Source: Lingula anatina
Lineage: Eukaryota > Animalia > Brachiopoda
DNA length: 64,000 nucleotides
Assembly: GCA_051362555.1 (NCBI GenBank)
Contig: CM120641.1
Coordinates: 28,340,401-28,404,400, forward strand
Reading direction: 5' to 3'
Shown: in pieces, positions 12,684-24,233 of the stretch
Position numbering within the stretch: position 1 is the stretch's first letter
Layout: each line of letters starts with the position of its first letter
The notes under the pieces: model-generated
What the model saw: only the letters and a program-made list of their open reading frames with translations
What the model was told of the DNA's origin: nothing
Database searches by the model: none
Program-made: the position numbers and the translations under genes

Positions 12684-12932
12684 GGTCAAAAGTCTCCCTC
12701 TCTTTGTAAATCAGTCTCGTTTTGGCACTTTTACTTTCAACACTGATAGCGAGGTATTCTCTCCAAATGCAGTTTGTACTGATCATTCTGATTAGTCCGT
12801 AGTGACCTCTCTTAAAATTTTGTCCAATTGTAAGGACCGATTGATCAGGACTATAGAAAGCGGGTAAGGTCAATCAAATTAGGGCGAGGGGTTTGTTGAC
12901 ATTTAAGTCAAGTGTGTGATTTTTTTTCCGAA
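12684..12932. promoter_or_regulatory. Putative bidirectional promoter shared by POLG2 and DAGLB
   Basis: Divergent start codons only 249 bp apart (POLG2 ATG at 12683 minus; DAGLB ATG at 12933 plus). Confidence 0.75.
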
Positions 12933-15900
12933 ATGCCGGGGCTGGTGGCATTTGGTCGACGGTGGGGCATTGGCAGTGACGACCTTTTCCTTCCAGCTGT
13001 CATTGAACTCTTAGTTAGATTGAGTTGGTGAGTAATTATCCGTTAAAACAACCACTTTTTATTTATAATATTAACGAAGTTTCAATATTGGAAATAAGAA
13101 TTGAACTCTGATTTATTAAGTTAATGTTGGTTTGAATGGCAATATCCAGACCCAAACCATTTCACGTTTCCTTTGCAGTGTCATTTCATTATGATATCAT
13201 GTTTTAGATCTATATTTGGTTGGAGCTTCAAGATATCGGTGACACACGCACGTTCACACATTATTCATGGACTTTAAAAAGGGCTTTACTAAGTTTTGTT
13301 TTACTTTATACTGCATGGGTACAGATATAAAGTACATGTGGACATATAGTAATTTAAAGGTCAGATGCGTATTTTTTCAATGATTTATTGCTATATCTAA
13401 TTAAAATTAAATGAAGATGACTTGTAGATGAACCACAGGGCTTAATTTATTTTGTGGTTATTAAAATTCCTATTACTGTACTTCCAGGTTAATTCCAATT
13501 GCTGCAGTTTTTGCTTGGCATCACAGTGTTGTGGAAGAGTGCAATGGCAAAGAAATTCTCAAAATCTTCTACATTGGTGTATTGACAATAATATGCTGCC
13601 ATGTTGTCCTCGTGCTGGGCACAGGCTACTTGTCAACGAGGGGCACAATTCTCAATATTCGACCAAGGCGACACATCACCAAATTCCTATATCTGAGAGT
13701 TGCTCTGTTTTTTCCGGAGTTAGTTTGGAACATATTGGGGGCAATATGGGCATTTGATGAATCTTTAGACTGTGATACACATGTTGTGTGGACAGTGAAA
13801 GGGGTTGTAATTTCAATGTGGGTTTTGCTTCTGGGAGTTTTTATAGGGCTATTGATTGTGTTTGATCCCCTTGGAAAGAAGCCTGTGACAGTTGACACAC
13901 CAAGTAACAGTCCCCGAGGACAGGGGGACATTGAACAGATAGAGAGTGGAGACAGAGACCAGGTGCTCAGTGGACTATCTACTGCCACTTCTAGAGTGTG
14001 GAGAAACAGGTAGGTGCACATACCCAGGACTGCTTAGTTCCTGAGTCCTTTTAGTTAAATTATATTAATTCTTAAGACATTGTGTAATTGATTAAATTTT
14101 GTGTATGAAATTAGATTTATTAAGTGCATATAGCCACTTAATGATACTATGATAAAAATGGTGAATCTGCTTATAAACCAGGTTTACAATTTTGTCTTTG
14201 AAAATTCCATATAGGATTTTTAGTACTGAATTACTTACATTGTCTGTTCCTTGGTCATAAAATGAATGTACCTAATGGTGTCTGAATATTTACTGGTATA
14301 AAGTTGCACCTGGATCTCATTTCATAGGGCTGTTATAGGGCTGTTACATTGTACATACATAAATGCTGGTATATGTAGTGAAGGATTTACTGATTCATCA
14401 TTCTGCTGTTGGAATTGCATGTATATATTATTTGAACCGAACAACCATATACAATGTACTAGTTCTGCTGATAACTATCCTGCTGGCGAATATATGTCTC
14501 ACTGTGTATGAAATTCATACCAAGAAGATTGAAAGAATATTTGCATTTGATGATAATTGGTATATATCCATACCATCCATAGATTGTTTGGACGAAGATT
14601 CTATATAACTTAAACCATGGAGTAAATAATCAAAAAGTCAGTGCCACAAACTTTATTCACCACATTGCTGGATTTTAAGCTGTTGGTACATGTATAAACC
14701 TCATACCAAAAGAATTCTAACACACCTAATTTTACCACATCAACTATGATAAGATTGGATGTTGCCATATTGGACAATGTGTGCATATATTTATTTACAT
14801 TGCTTAGATAATCATACTATTCTTAGTCAATTTTCACATTTCATTATCTGTTCAGGGACTATAGGTTAATGTTATAGTACACCAGGATAGATAAAAAATA
14901 GCTACATCTGTCCATAATTAATAAATGCATAATGAATATATTTGTTTATGACTATCATTATAAAATTTTTGTGAGATGATATAATAATGATTGGCAGGTC
15001 ATGATTCTCTGTGATTTAAAGCAGTTTATATTATTGTTAAGTTAAGTTAATTTTTTTTTGTATTTTTCATAATGCAACAGTGAAGCATAGATCTACAATA
15101 CAACTTGTTTACTTAAAGTAAAGTTTTAAGTGGATATAACATTATTATTAATTTTTTTTATTTTCAGAATGAGAGTGCTCTGCTGTTGTGTAGGCTGTGA
15201 TGAAAATAGCAGGGAAGCATTCACTGAAATTGGAAATTTGTTTTCTGGGTTCTTTCAGGTACATTTTTTTTTTTGTTTTTCAAATTGTACATATCCTCGT
15301 TGAATATTTACAAAAATATTTTCCTTTATTTTTGAATTTTATTTTCAAATCTTTAAAGTGACTGAATCAGATATATTAAAGGTACATGCGAATCGAGCAT
15401 CGGTGGAGCTTGGATTCCCAGTAACACATGTAAACCACTTCTACTAGATTCTTATATGACTCAAATAAATTCGACATGCCAAGGGATAAACTGAATAGAT
15501 CACTCAATCAGCCATAAAAGAACTTTATACTGCTCCTTTCTTTAAATTTTTGGTTGTAAATTTAACCTACTTTTGTGACCTACTTTCCTGCCCCATTGAC
15601 ATACAGCTTAGAATGCCAGCAGAAAAATCCGTTCAAACGTCATTTTCGGGTAAAATTAAACAATGCCTTTTGGTAATTCTTTTAGTTATACTACTTGAAA
15701 CTATATGCTGGCATTTGGTTGGTTTTTGTGACAAAAAATTGACTTTGTATGCATCTTTAAATGATTGTTTTCTCCTTCAGAATATTGATCTTGTGCCCAC
15801 TGACATAGCAGCAGGATTGGTGCTGCTCCAAATGCAACAAGAGCAAGAGGACCTCAGAACCAGCTCTGTGTCTAGCTCCCCAAGGGAGCCAACAGATGGT

Positions 15901-18900
15901 GAAAGTGACTCATCTTCCCAAGATAGGACATTCCTTAGTCAGCGTGATTCTTCGTCTCGGAAAGAACTTGTGTCTCCCAACAGCATACCAAAAGATTGGA
16001 TGACTATAGACTTAATGGCACATTATATAAAGTTTGCTCTTGCCAGTTATGGATGGCCCCTTTATATGTTTACTCATCTTTTTACTGGACTCTGCCGTCT
16101 TGGGGCAGCTTGGAGGTAAGCTGAAGAGCTTTCAAAAGTGTGCTGTTTTGTTGCCATTATGGTAGATGAGATTGAGGTTTGAGAAAAAGATGGAACCTTC
16201 ATATTTGTGGCATGTATAATTATTGTATATCAATTGCATTTCCTAGCATATTTTATCCTTTTTTTTTCACAATGCATGATAGTCAAATTATGGGTTAATA
16301 ATTGAACTATTCTATATATTATTATAAGCTGTGCAACCACTTTAGTTGGGTACCTCTTTAGTAATAATTAGGCAGTTTATGTAAAAAGCAATGCCCTTTC
16401 GAATATTTTTGAGAAAAAATTTACAAGACAAAATACAAAATCTAGTTCACTGGCAATTATAACCATTAAAAATCTATATGACAAAGGCAGGAGAATGAGG
16501 ACCAATTTCTTTTAATTTTCTGAGTTCTTTGACTTTATATTAAATAAAAATAAACCTCTGACCCTTTTTAAGTGTCACTTTTTATATCTATACAATTTTT
16601 AAAAAATCATTGAATATCCAAAATTATATTACATATCAGTTTACACCTAAATCTAATTTTATATTCTTTAATGTGAACAAAAATTCTGTTTTTCTGAAGT
16701 GATGAGTGTGATAATTTTTTGCAGCCTTCAGGATAGGCAAAACATTAATCTAATAACTGAGGAATGCTGTATTACATCACGCAATCTGTTATCTGACGAA
16801 TCAGGCGTAATGTGAGTTTTGAAAACATAGGGAATGTTTTCAGGTAGAAAATAACAATTAGTGTTGATAGGATCTCTAAAATTCCAAGCATTTCCAGTAA
16901 AGTAAGTGAAAAAATGTCAAACTAAAAGCACAATTGTTTGTTAAAGATTTAGTCCTTCCCCCTTGCCTGTAACATTTTTCTCATCATTTCGTGTTGTATA
17001 GTATCCAGTAATTTTTTCCTGCCATGTGAAATATTTGGAATTTTAGAGATACAAACCCCTTTTTACATTAACTTCCCTTGGCTTAGATTTGCTCATGCCT
17101 TCACTGTCATAGGACTGACTACTAATATAGCAAGGGTTATAGAATTAGATTTAGTTTGCCATCCAGTTGTCTTATGCCTATCAATTTCGTTCCCCCCCCC
17201 CCCCCCCCCCTAAGTGTGCTAGCAAACTTTGAAGGAAAGTTGATGTGTTTTTTTATATTCATTAGAATATCTAAATCTGTCTTATTTTTTCAAGTTTTGA
17301 ATTCAATTTTGGTTCATAATTTAATGATGATATGGGAAGAAGGCAGTATATTGGTTTGGTTCTGCTTCTGTGGTTGGTTGACATATTTTGCTGCATCTTT
17401 TAGAATTTTGTGGTTTACCTTGAAGAGTAAAATATTTGCATATTATAACTTTGCTTCATATGTGTGTATGTATGTATGTATGTATGTATGTATGCATGTA
17501 TGGCAATAGAGGATTGTATATTTTTACAGATACTGTATTTTAAAAGGTACTAGTAACTCCATCGGTTTTACCCACTAAAATGGATTTTCCCGGGAAAATT
17601 AGCACTTGTTTTCATGAATCATTTCATAATTTATCTGTCTCTCTCAGCACTTGGATTCTACCTTAAATTAAATTTATAAATTTTTATGGCCAGTTATTAT
17701 AATCTGTGACCATCGTCCTGAGTTCCAGTGGAATTATCAACATCACACACGCTCAAGAAACAATTTATTTCAGGGATTAAATCATTTTTAAAGTGTATGT
17801 AAGGTTTTCTAAGAAGCCGTGGATGGAAAAAATAAACATTTCGGGGATATTTAAACCCATGGAGTGTACCTTTAAAGTCATATATTCTTAGAATTAGAAC
17901 TTTGCCACTGAGTGGTAGCAACAAAAAAGTTCTCTTCAGAGTAGAATTTCTATACAGAAAAAACACCACAAATGCTCTGTAGACATTTTCAATGATTCCA
18001 AAATTATTTATAAGAAAGATTGATTATTTTTCCTATTGAAAAGCTCAGTCATTGTCATGTTCATGTGTTTATGTGTGTATCTGTGCATGTATGTATTTAT
18101 GTATGAATGTATTACATTTAATGCATTGTATGTTTTTTATGCTTATAGTTTTTATGTATGAACAGTGTTTGTGTGTTAATAAATAAAAATGCCACTAAAT
18201 GGAGATTAGGAGGAAAATTAATAATTAATTATGATTTCTGAATATTGCCCCCCCTCTTTTTTTTTTTTTTGTTTGTTTGTTTGCTGAATCACATCTTTAA
18301 GTAACAAAAAAGAGTGTTATTTAATAACTGGCATGGAAACTAAGTGAACCATTTGTTTGTTAGTGTCTGTAAGCAACATTATGCAAAAAGTTTTGGATGG
18401 AATAGGAAGAAATTTTCAGAATAAGTTAGTAATGGGCTAGTTTAAAAGTTGTAACATGTTGGTGATGATCCATTTATTGATTAATGGTTAATTATTAGTT
18501 AATTATTTATCTTGGTGGATGTCTGCACTCGCTGAGTCTAGCCGTGTACAATTTTGTTGTACAAGATCATACAGTTATACTGTTGGCTTCAGGTGCTGTT
18601 CATGTATGCTTCCTGGAAGAAACCTGCATGTGGTGGACGATAATTGTTGTCAGTGCCATACTGCAGCCATCAAAAAAATTGCTCAAATTCCAAGTGAAGA
18701 CATTATATATGCCAGTTTTCATAACAAAGTAGGTTTCTATTTACAAGTTCCCAGCCTCTCAAGTTTCAAGGTTTCTTTTTTGTATTTTTTTTTTTTTTTG
18801 CATGAATTAAAGAAAAAGAAAAGGGTATTTTATATTCTTGTTACATGTAGTTGCATTAGTTTATTCCATTTGTTTGAACTTTATATAAGGGTTTGTAAAA

Positions 18901-21048
18901 ATTTCTTCTTTGAAAAATACATATCAGAATCTTGAAATGATTTGTTATGAACTGCCACTTGTGTAGTTTGCTGTAATGCAGTCATATTTTACTTTCAGGT
19001 TTATGAAATTCCATTTTTTGTTGCTCTTGACCATGAATACCAAACAGTGGTGGTTGCAGTAAGAGGAACACTCTCTTTTAGGGTAGGTGGAATGGAAATA
19101 ACTAGAAAATGACTTTTGCACAGCATAAAACACAGCAGTTATATATAAGCCAGTTACATACTCTTTTAAAAAAAGTCGGGTAAATTAAGTAAGTTACTAC
19201 ATAAAACCAGATGGATAGAATTTTAAACTTTCAATGGCCCATATATGTACGTACATTACACTATGTTGTTCAAATTTCAGCTTTTTGTTATCTCACAAGT
19301 TGTTATTAACAACATATAAATACATTGGTGACTTGTGAAAAATCACAGAGAACGAATATATGCACTTTGGAATTGTGTATCATAGCTAGGTAAATTCTTC
19401 ATTTAATTTGGCAATGAACAGGGTTTGATGCTGTAGGGTTTGCTTGTTCTTTGTGGAGATTAAAAAGTGAAATCTCAGTTCATGAAGGATGAGATTTTTT
19501 CCCTACTAACAGCAGATTTTTGACTTTTTGGGAGCCAAAAATATCAGACCTAGGCAGCCCTCTGGATTCCTCACCATATTTTCTGACTATTTTACTAAAT
19601 GGCAGTCTCATCCCTGGATTATGTTCACAGGATGTGCTAACTGATCTGACAGCTGAAGATGAAGATGTGGAGGTAGCGGGCTGCCAGGAGACATGTGCAC
19701 ACAGAGGAATGCTACGAGCTGCCCAGTTTGTACAGAAAAAATTAGAGGAAAAAATGATTTTGCTGAAAGCATTTGAAAAAGCTCCAGTAAGTAGTGAAAT
19801 AAAGTCTGTATAATGTTGCAAGACTTTTTTAATTCTTAGATTCTTAAAAGAAATTGATTTCTTTTCTTTGTGGTTTAAATGTAAGTTGGTGAACTTGTTG
19901 CATAATGATTGTTTGCCCACTTTGAAAGCAGAGACTTAGTGAGTTGACATTTTTATTAATTTGTTTTTTTTCCATATTGTATTCAGCATACACCACTCTC
20001 TAGAAATCTACAGGGGGCAATATGTGAGGTGTCATTATATCATTCTTTTGCAGGATTATAAACTTGTGCTAACTGGACACAGTCTTGGTGCTGGCACAGC
20101 AGCTTTACTTGCCATGTTGCTGAGACCCAAGTATCCTGATTTGATGTGCTTCTCATTCTCTCCACCAGGGGGCCTTATGAGGTAAATTAGAGATTGCAGA
20201 CATTTATGGAAAAGGGAGGTTTCTGGGGTCCTTGATGTAGCAAAAAAGTATAAAAAATACAAAAAAAGTTTCTAATGTTTAATGATATTAGACAAAATGG
20301 AAAACTTGAAAGTATTAATTAGTCAGAGTGGTAATGCTTGACAACAAAAATAGCATATTATGTGCACAGTGCTCATGCATGTGCATGCTCACATACCGGT
20401 ACACACACACATATACAGTGTAATGTAATCCATCTTTCCTATTTAACATGTAGATATTTTGGCATTATAGTGAATCAACCTGATATTGTGAACACAACCA
20501 GGTATTTTAAATCATTTTGTCTTTGTAGTCTTCCATTATCCAAGTACACAGAGGAGTTTATATGTTCAGTGGTGTTGGGCAAGGATGTAGTGCCAAGGTT
20601 AGGCATTATGACTATGGAGAAGATGAAAGTTCAGCTACTCCAAGCAATCAGGGACTCAAATAAACCAAAGGTAATTTTCAGTTTTCAAAATGAGCAGCCA
20701 TTACATGAGATTCTATGGTGTTCATATGTGTTGATATGCTGAGTCAGCTCAAGTTATTTGCCTGAAAAGAGTTTTGATAATTTTAGTCCCATTAAAAGTT
20801 GAATTATGTTTGAAATATATTTAATCAAGTCTATATTGCAGCATATTTTTGTATTTAAAGTAACTTTTGCTTAATCTAAATGTGCCTTCTATTGTAGCAC
20901 CATATATTTGCCAGAGGATGTTGGAATGCATTCTGTAAGAGAGGTGGACAGGCCAATGAGGAGTCCGAGAGACGTCTGCTGGACCAAACTAGTTCTGTCG
21001 CTACCTACAGCTCCACTGTTGCCAAAGAAATTGATGTAATATATATCT

Positions 21049-21086
<38 letters not shown>

Positions 21087-22342
21087 TAGACTGTAAAAAA
21101 TTAAAATAAAGATAATAATAGATAAAAATAATAATCCTGATTATAATAATTATAATAAACCATGTAATGCCTCTAGATGAATTTTCAAAAATTAATAAAT
21201 AATTTCCTTCCTATATATGAGATTATTTTCTTTTCTATCCCAATGCTGCTTTTTGAACTTCTGAATCATTAGTCACAACATGAAATTGGAATTGAGGTAC
21301 TTAATGGCTTATGAACTTTGTGCAATTTGTTATATTGGGACAATGCAAGCAAATATATATTATAAGGCTTTTGTGTGAGCACTGACTCGTAGTGCTAAAA
21401 TTTATCTTTTGGTGTTTTAAAACATTTAAACATTTATTTTAAAACAGTTGTGTGTGGCAATGCATGCAAAATGCCTGACCTGGTTTTACTTTAAATTGTG
21501 CAGATTATTTAACTTATTGCATAACAAATTTTTTTCAATTTTTTATCTTCTTTACCATTAATGAGAGAATAAGCCGTATATGATATAGGTAAATATATCT
21601 CAAAGAATGACAAAATTTTAAAATACTAAACATAATGTAGTTATTTCATGCATATATCCATGTAGTGCATGCTTGTTTTGTTTTTGAAAGGAAATTTATC
21701 AAAAATATGAATGTACCTGACATTTTTATTTCCCCTGTAGGAGGCGCTCCAGGAAGCCATCATGTCTAGTGGGCGCTCCAGGGTCACTAAGAGACATCTT
21801 TACCCACCAGGTCAAGTGATGCACATAGTAGAGGCAGAACCAAGCACGTGAGTGATTCCAATATTATTATTATTATTTCAGAGATGAATATAGGATGATT
21901 GGTTGAACTGGTTTTGACAAAACCGGTTTTGTCAAATATACTTTAGCTAAAAATATTCCAGCTAAAGGTATTCATAAAGTGAAAATCAAAAATTTTACTC
22001 AATAGGTAATTACATTAGCAGATGATTTTTGCAAATTTTATTAGATAAGGAAATTTGATGAAAATGACAGTCATGCATTTACATAAAAAAGCTATTTGAT
22101 GAAAATTGTATTCTGTGTTTTCTTTTAAAGATAAGTTTGCTTCTTTTCTTCCCTGCAGGGCCTGCTACAGTTTACCCACTTACACATCTTTTTGGAGCAA
22201 TGCCCAGAATTTCACAGAGGTTTTAGTACACCCAAGAATGGTCCCAGATCACATGCCAGATGCTGTGATGAAAGCTTTAGACCAACTGAAAGAGAAGAAA
22301 GAACCTATTTACATGAATGGCAGGCACCATGTTGTTTGTTGA
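12933..22342 (+). CDS. DAGLB: sn1-specific diacylglycerol lipase, beta-type, 705 aa; exons 12933-13027, 13488-14009, 15168-15258, 15781-16115, 18593-18728, 18999-19082, 19631-19786, 20054-20181, 20529-20670, 20898-21035, 21741-21847, 22159-22342
   Basis: N-terminus [21 protein letters not shown]; four TM segments; [11 protein letters not shown]; YGWPLY; VVAVRGTLS; lipase_3 triad motifs GHSLG, GKDVVPR, DHMPD; LYPPG. All introns are GT-AG and in phase (2118 nt). It ends shortly after the catalytic His, lacking the long DAGLA tail. Confidence 0.93.
15380..15756 (+). mobile_element. TTAA-flanked MITE (Kolobok/piggyBac-type), ~377 bp
   Basis: TTAA on both sides; termini AGGTACAT...ATGCATCT; near full-length reverse-complement copy at 27322-27702. 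Confidence 0.85.
17459..17500. repeat. (TATG)n microsatellite
   Basis: Directly visible. Confidence 0.9.
17545..17871. mobile_element. Second family of TTAA-type MITE (~327 bp)
   Basis: Imperfect TIRs AGGTAC(TAGTA)ACTCCATCGGTTTTA / TAAACCCATGGAGTGTACCT with TTAA-like flanks. Confidence 0.65.
21052..21082. repeat. (CT)n microsatellite in DAGLB intron 10
   Basis: Directly visible. Confidence 0.95.
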
Positions 22343-23771
22343 TAATAAGAGTATGTGTTGAAAAGATTTAAGCAGATAGTTATGCTTATGTGCCTTTTAT
22401 TTTGAAAAAAAAGTTTTTAAAAATGTTCATAATGAAGAACTGCTGGTCAGAAGAAAGGGGTGAAACATGTACGGGTTATTGGAGGCATGTTTATATCTAC
22501 TTTTGGTCATATTTGATGCTGATATTCTGATAGGTTCAGATCTGTGCTAGTAAGTACATGTAGCTTGTTCTCATCTCAAGTCTTTGAATTATTCCCAAAA
22601 TAACAGAAATAAAAACTGAAGTTGTGAATGAGAATAGCAAGTTTCAGACTGCAGCCGCAGCCCAAACTGTTGACTTCTGTGGGCTTTTAGGTGCTATAGC
22701 TTGGGCAGTGCAGTGCCATCAGCAAGTAATGCTGTTGCTGTGATGATTCTAGGCAACTTGGCAATGTGAATGTTTTGCACAAATGTGTCATTAATATTCT
22801 CTGTGTTATTGAATTTTTTAAGTGCTAGCAAAGACAGAAAAGTGAAGATCGAATTAGTTTATGTTATGTATTTCTTGTTATTGTTATTGTTTTCTATGTC
22901 TTTATAAATACTGTAACCTCTAGGAAGATGTCCCAAATTTTAAGTCTCAGTTTTCTGCAAGGTGCTTATTATTATCAACTTGAAATAAATATGTTTTAAT
23001 ACTCTTCAAGCAAGATTGTAAGAAAAAGACAGTGAACTGGCTAAATAAAACCATGTTACTTGAAGTGAGCTTTATCATCTCTATATAAAAGAAAGGAGGG
23101 ATCGATCAAATTATGCGGGTCATATATTATATAAATTCTTCTGTTCTTTTTGGCCAATGAGAATGTAAGGATATGTGATCTTGGCAATAAAAACATATTT
23201 CCAAAATTGCAAGCATTTGGTCAGCTACCTAACTAGTTTACCCCAATAAGAATAAGTGCTTCATGTTAACATGATAAATGAATGTTGTTGGTTATGTTAT
23301 GTTGATATGTGGGACAATCTCTACCGCACACATGTATGCCTCTGGGTGTCTTAATTCCTTGTTGAATGGTTGAATACGTATCTTTAAATAAAATTAAACA
23401 AATGACGTTTCTCGATACCTCTGTCAAGCAGTGAAATTTTTCGACCTACATACCGTTGGAAGTTGAGATTTTTATTCAAATGCAATGAAAACTAACCTGA
23501 GAACAATGTTGAGTCGAACGCAACCGATTTAAACCAGTTCCACTGAGTATTTTTCTGAACGATCTTCACCTATCCTTGATGCGTGACATGCGAAAGGCAA
23601 CCTTGTACCATTGAAAGTGCATTTTGAAAGTTGCTCCCCTTCTGTAAAATTTTATCAATGGTATTTTATCGTTTAAAATGATCATAAGAAAAGGACCTGG
23701 CTTTATGTATTCTGATATTATTTATGCAGGAGATTATATGTTTAAAAAGAAGTATCCAAAAAGTATCAAAT

Positions 23772-24233
23772 TGTAATAACCAGTCGGTTTGGTTATTAAG
23801 GTTCTTTGACCTCTTTTTCAACAAAAGACAACTGAGGCAGGCAGGAATAGTTTTCTGCTACATGATTTATTCAATCCACTGTACAACTCAGGTCTCTGCT
23901 CTCTTTCTCCATCTCTCTCTGTGGTAACTATAACTATGTCTCTAACTCTCTCAGGCTATGTCGCTTCTTTAATACTCTATACTCTGTCTATCATAATTTA
24001 CATTTCAAATGAACTTCCATAACTGGCATGCAACATGCCATGCCTATATACATTAACTTAATTGTAGATACATTAAAATTAAATCTTGATTTACATTTTA
24101 AATGAACTTCTCTTAAACTGCCATGCAACATGTCATGTCCATATACATTTGAATAATTAAAAATTAAACAAATATGCATATCTCATGTATGCAAATTTAG
24201 AAGACTATCAGTACTAATTAACGGTACACTACA
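23772..24233 (-). mobile_element. Solo LTR (462 bp), probably Ty3/Gypsy
   Basis: TGTA...TACA termini; 4-bp TSD AAAT (23768-23771, 24234-24237); on the minus strand a U3-like ~93-bp internal duplication (23996-24160), a TATA-like TATTAAA, then AATAAA. Confidence 0.7.
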
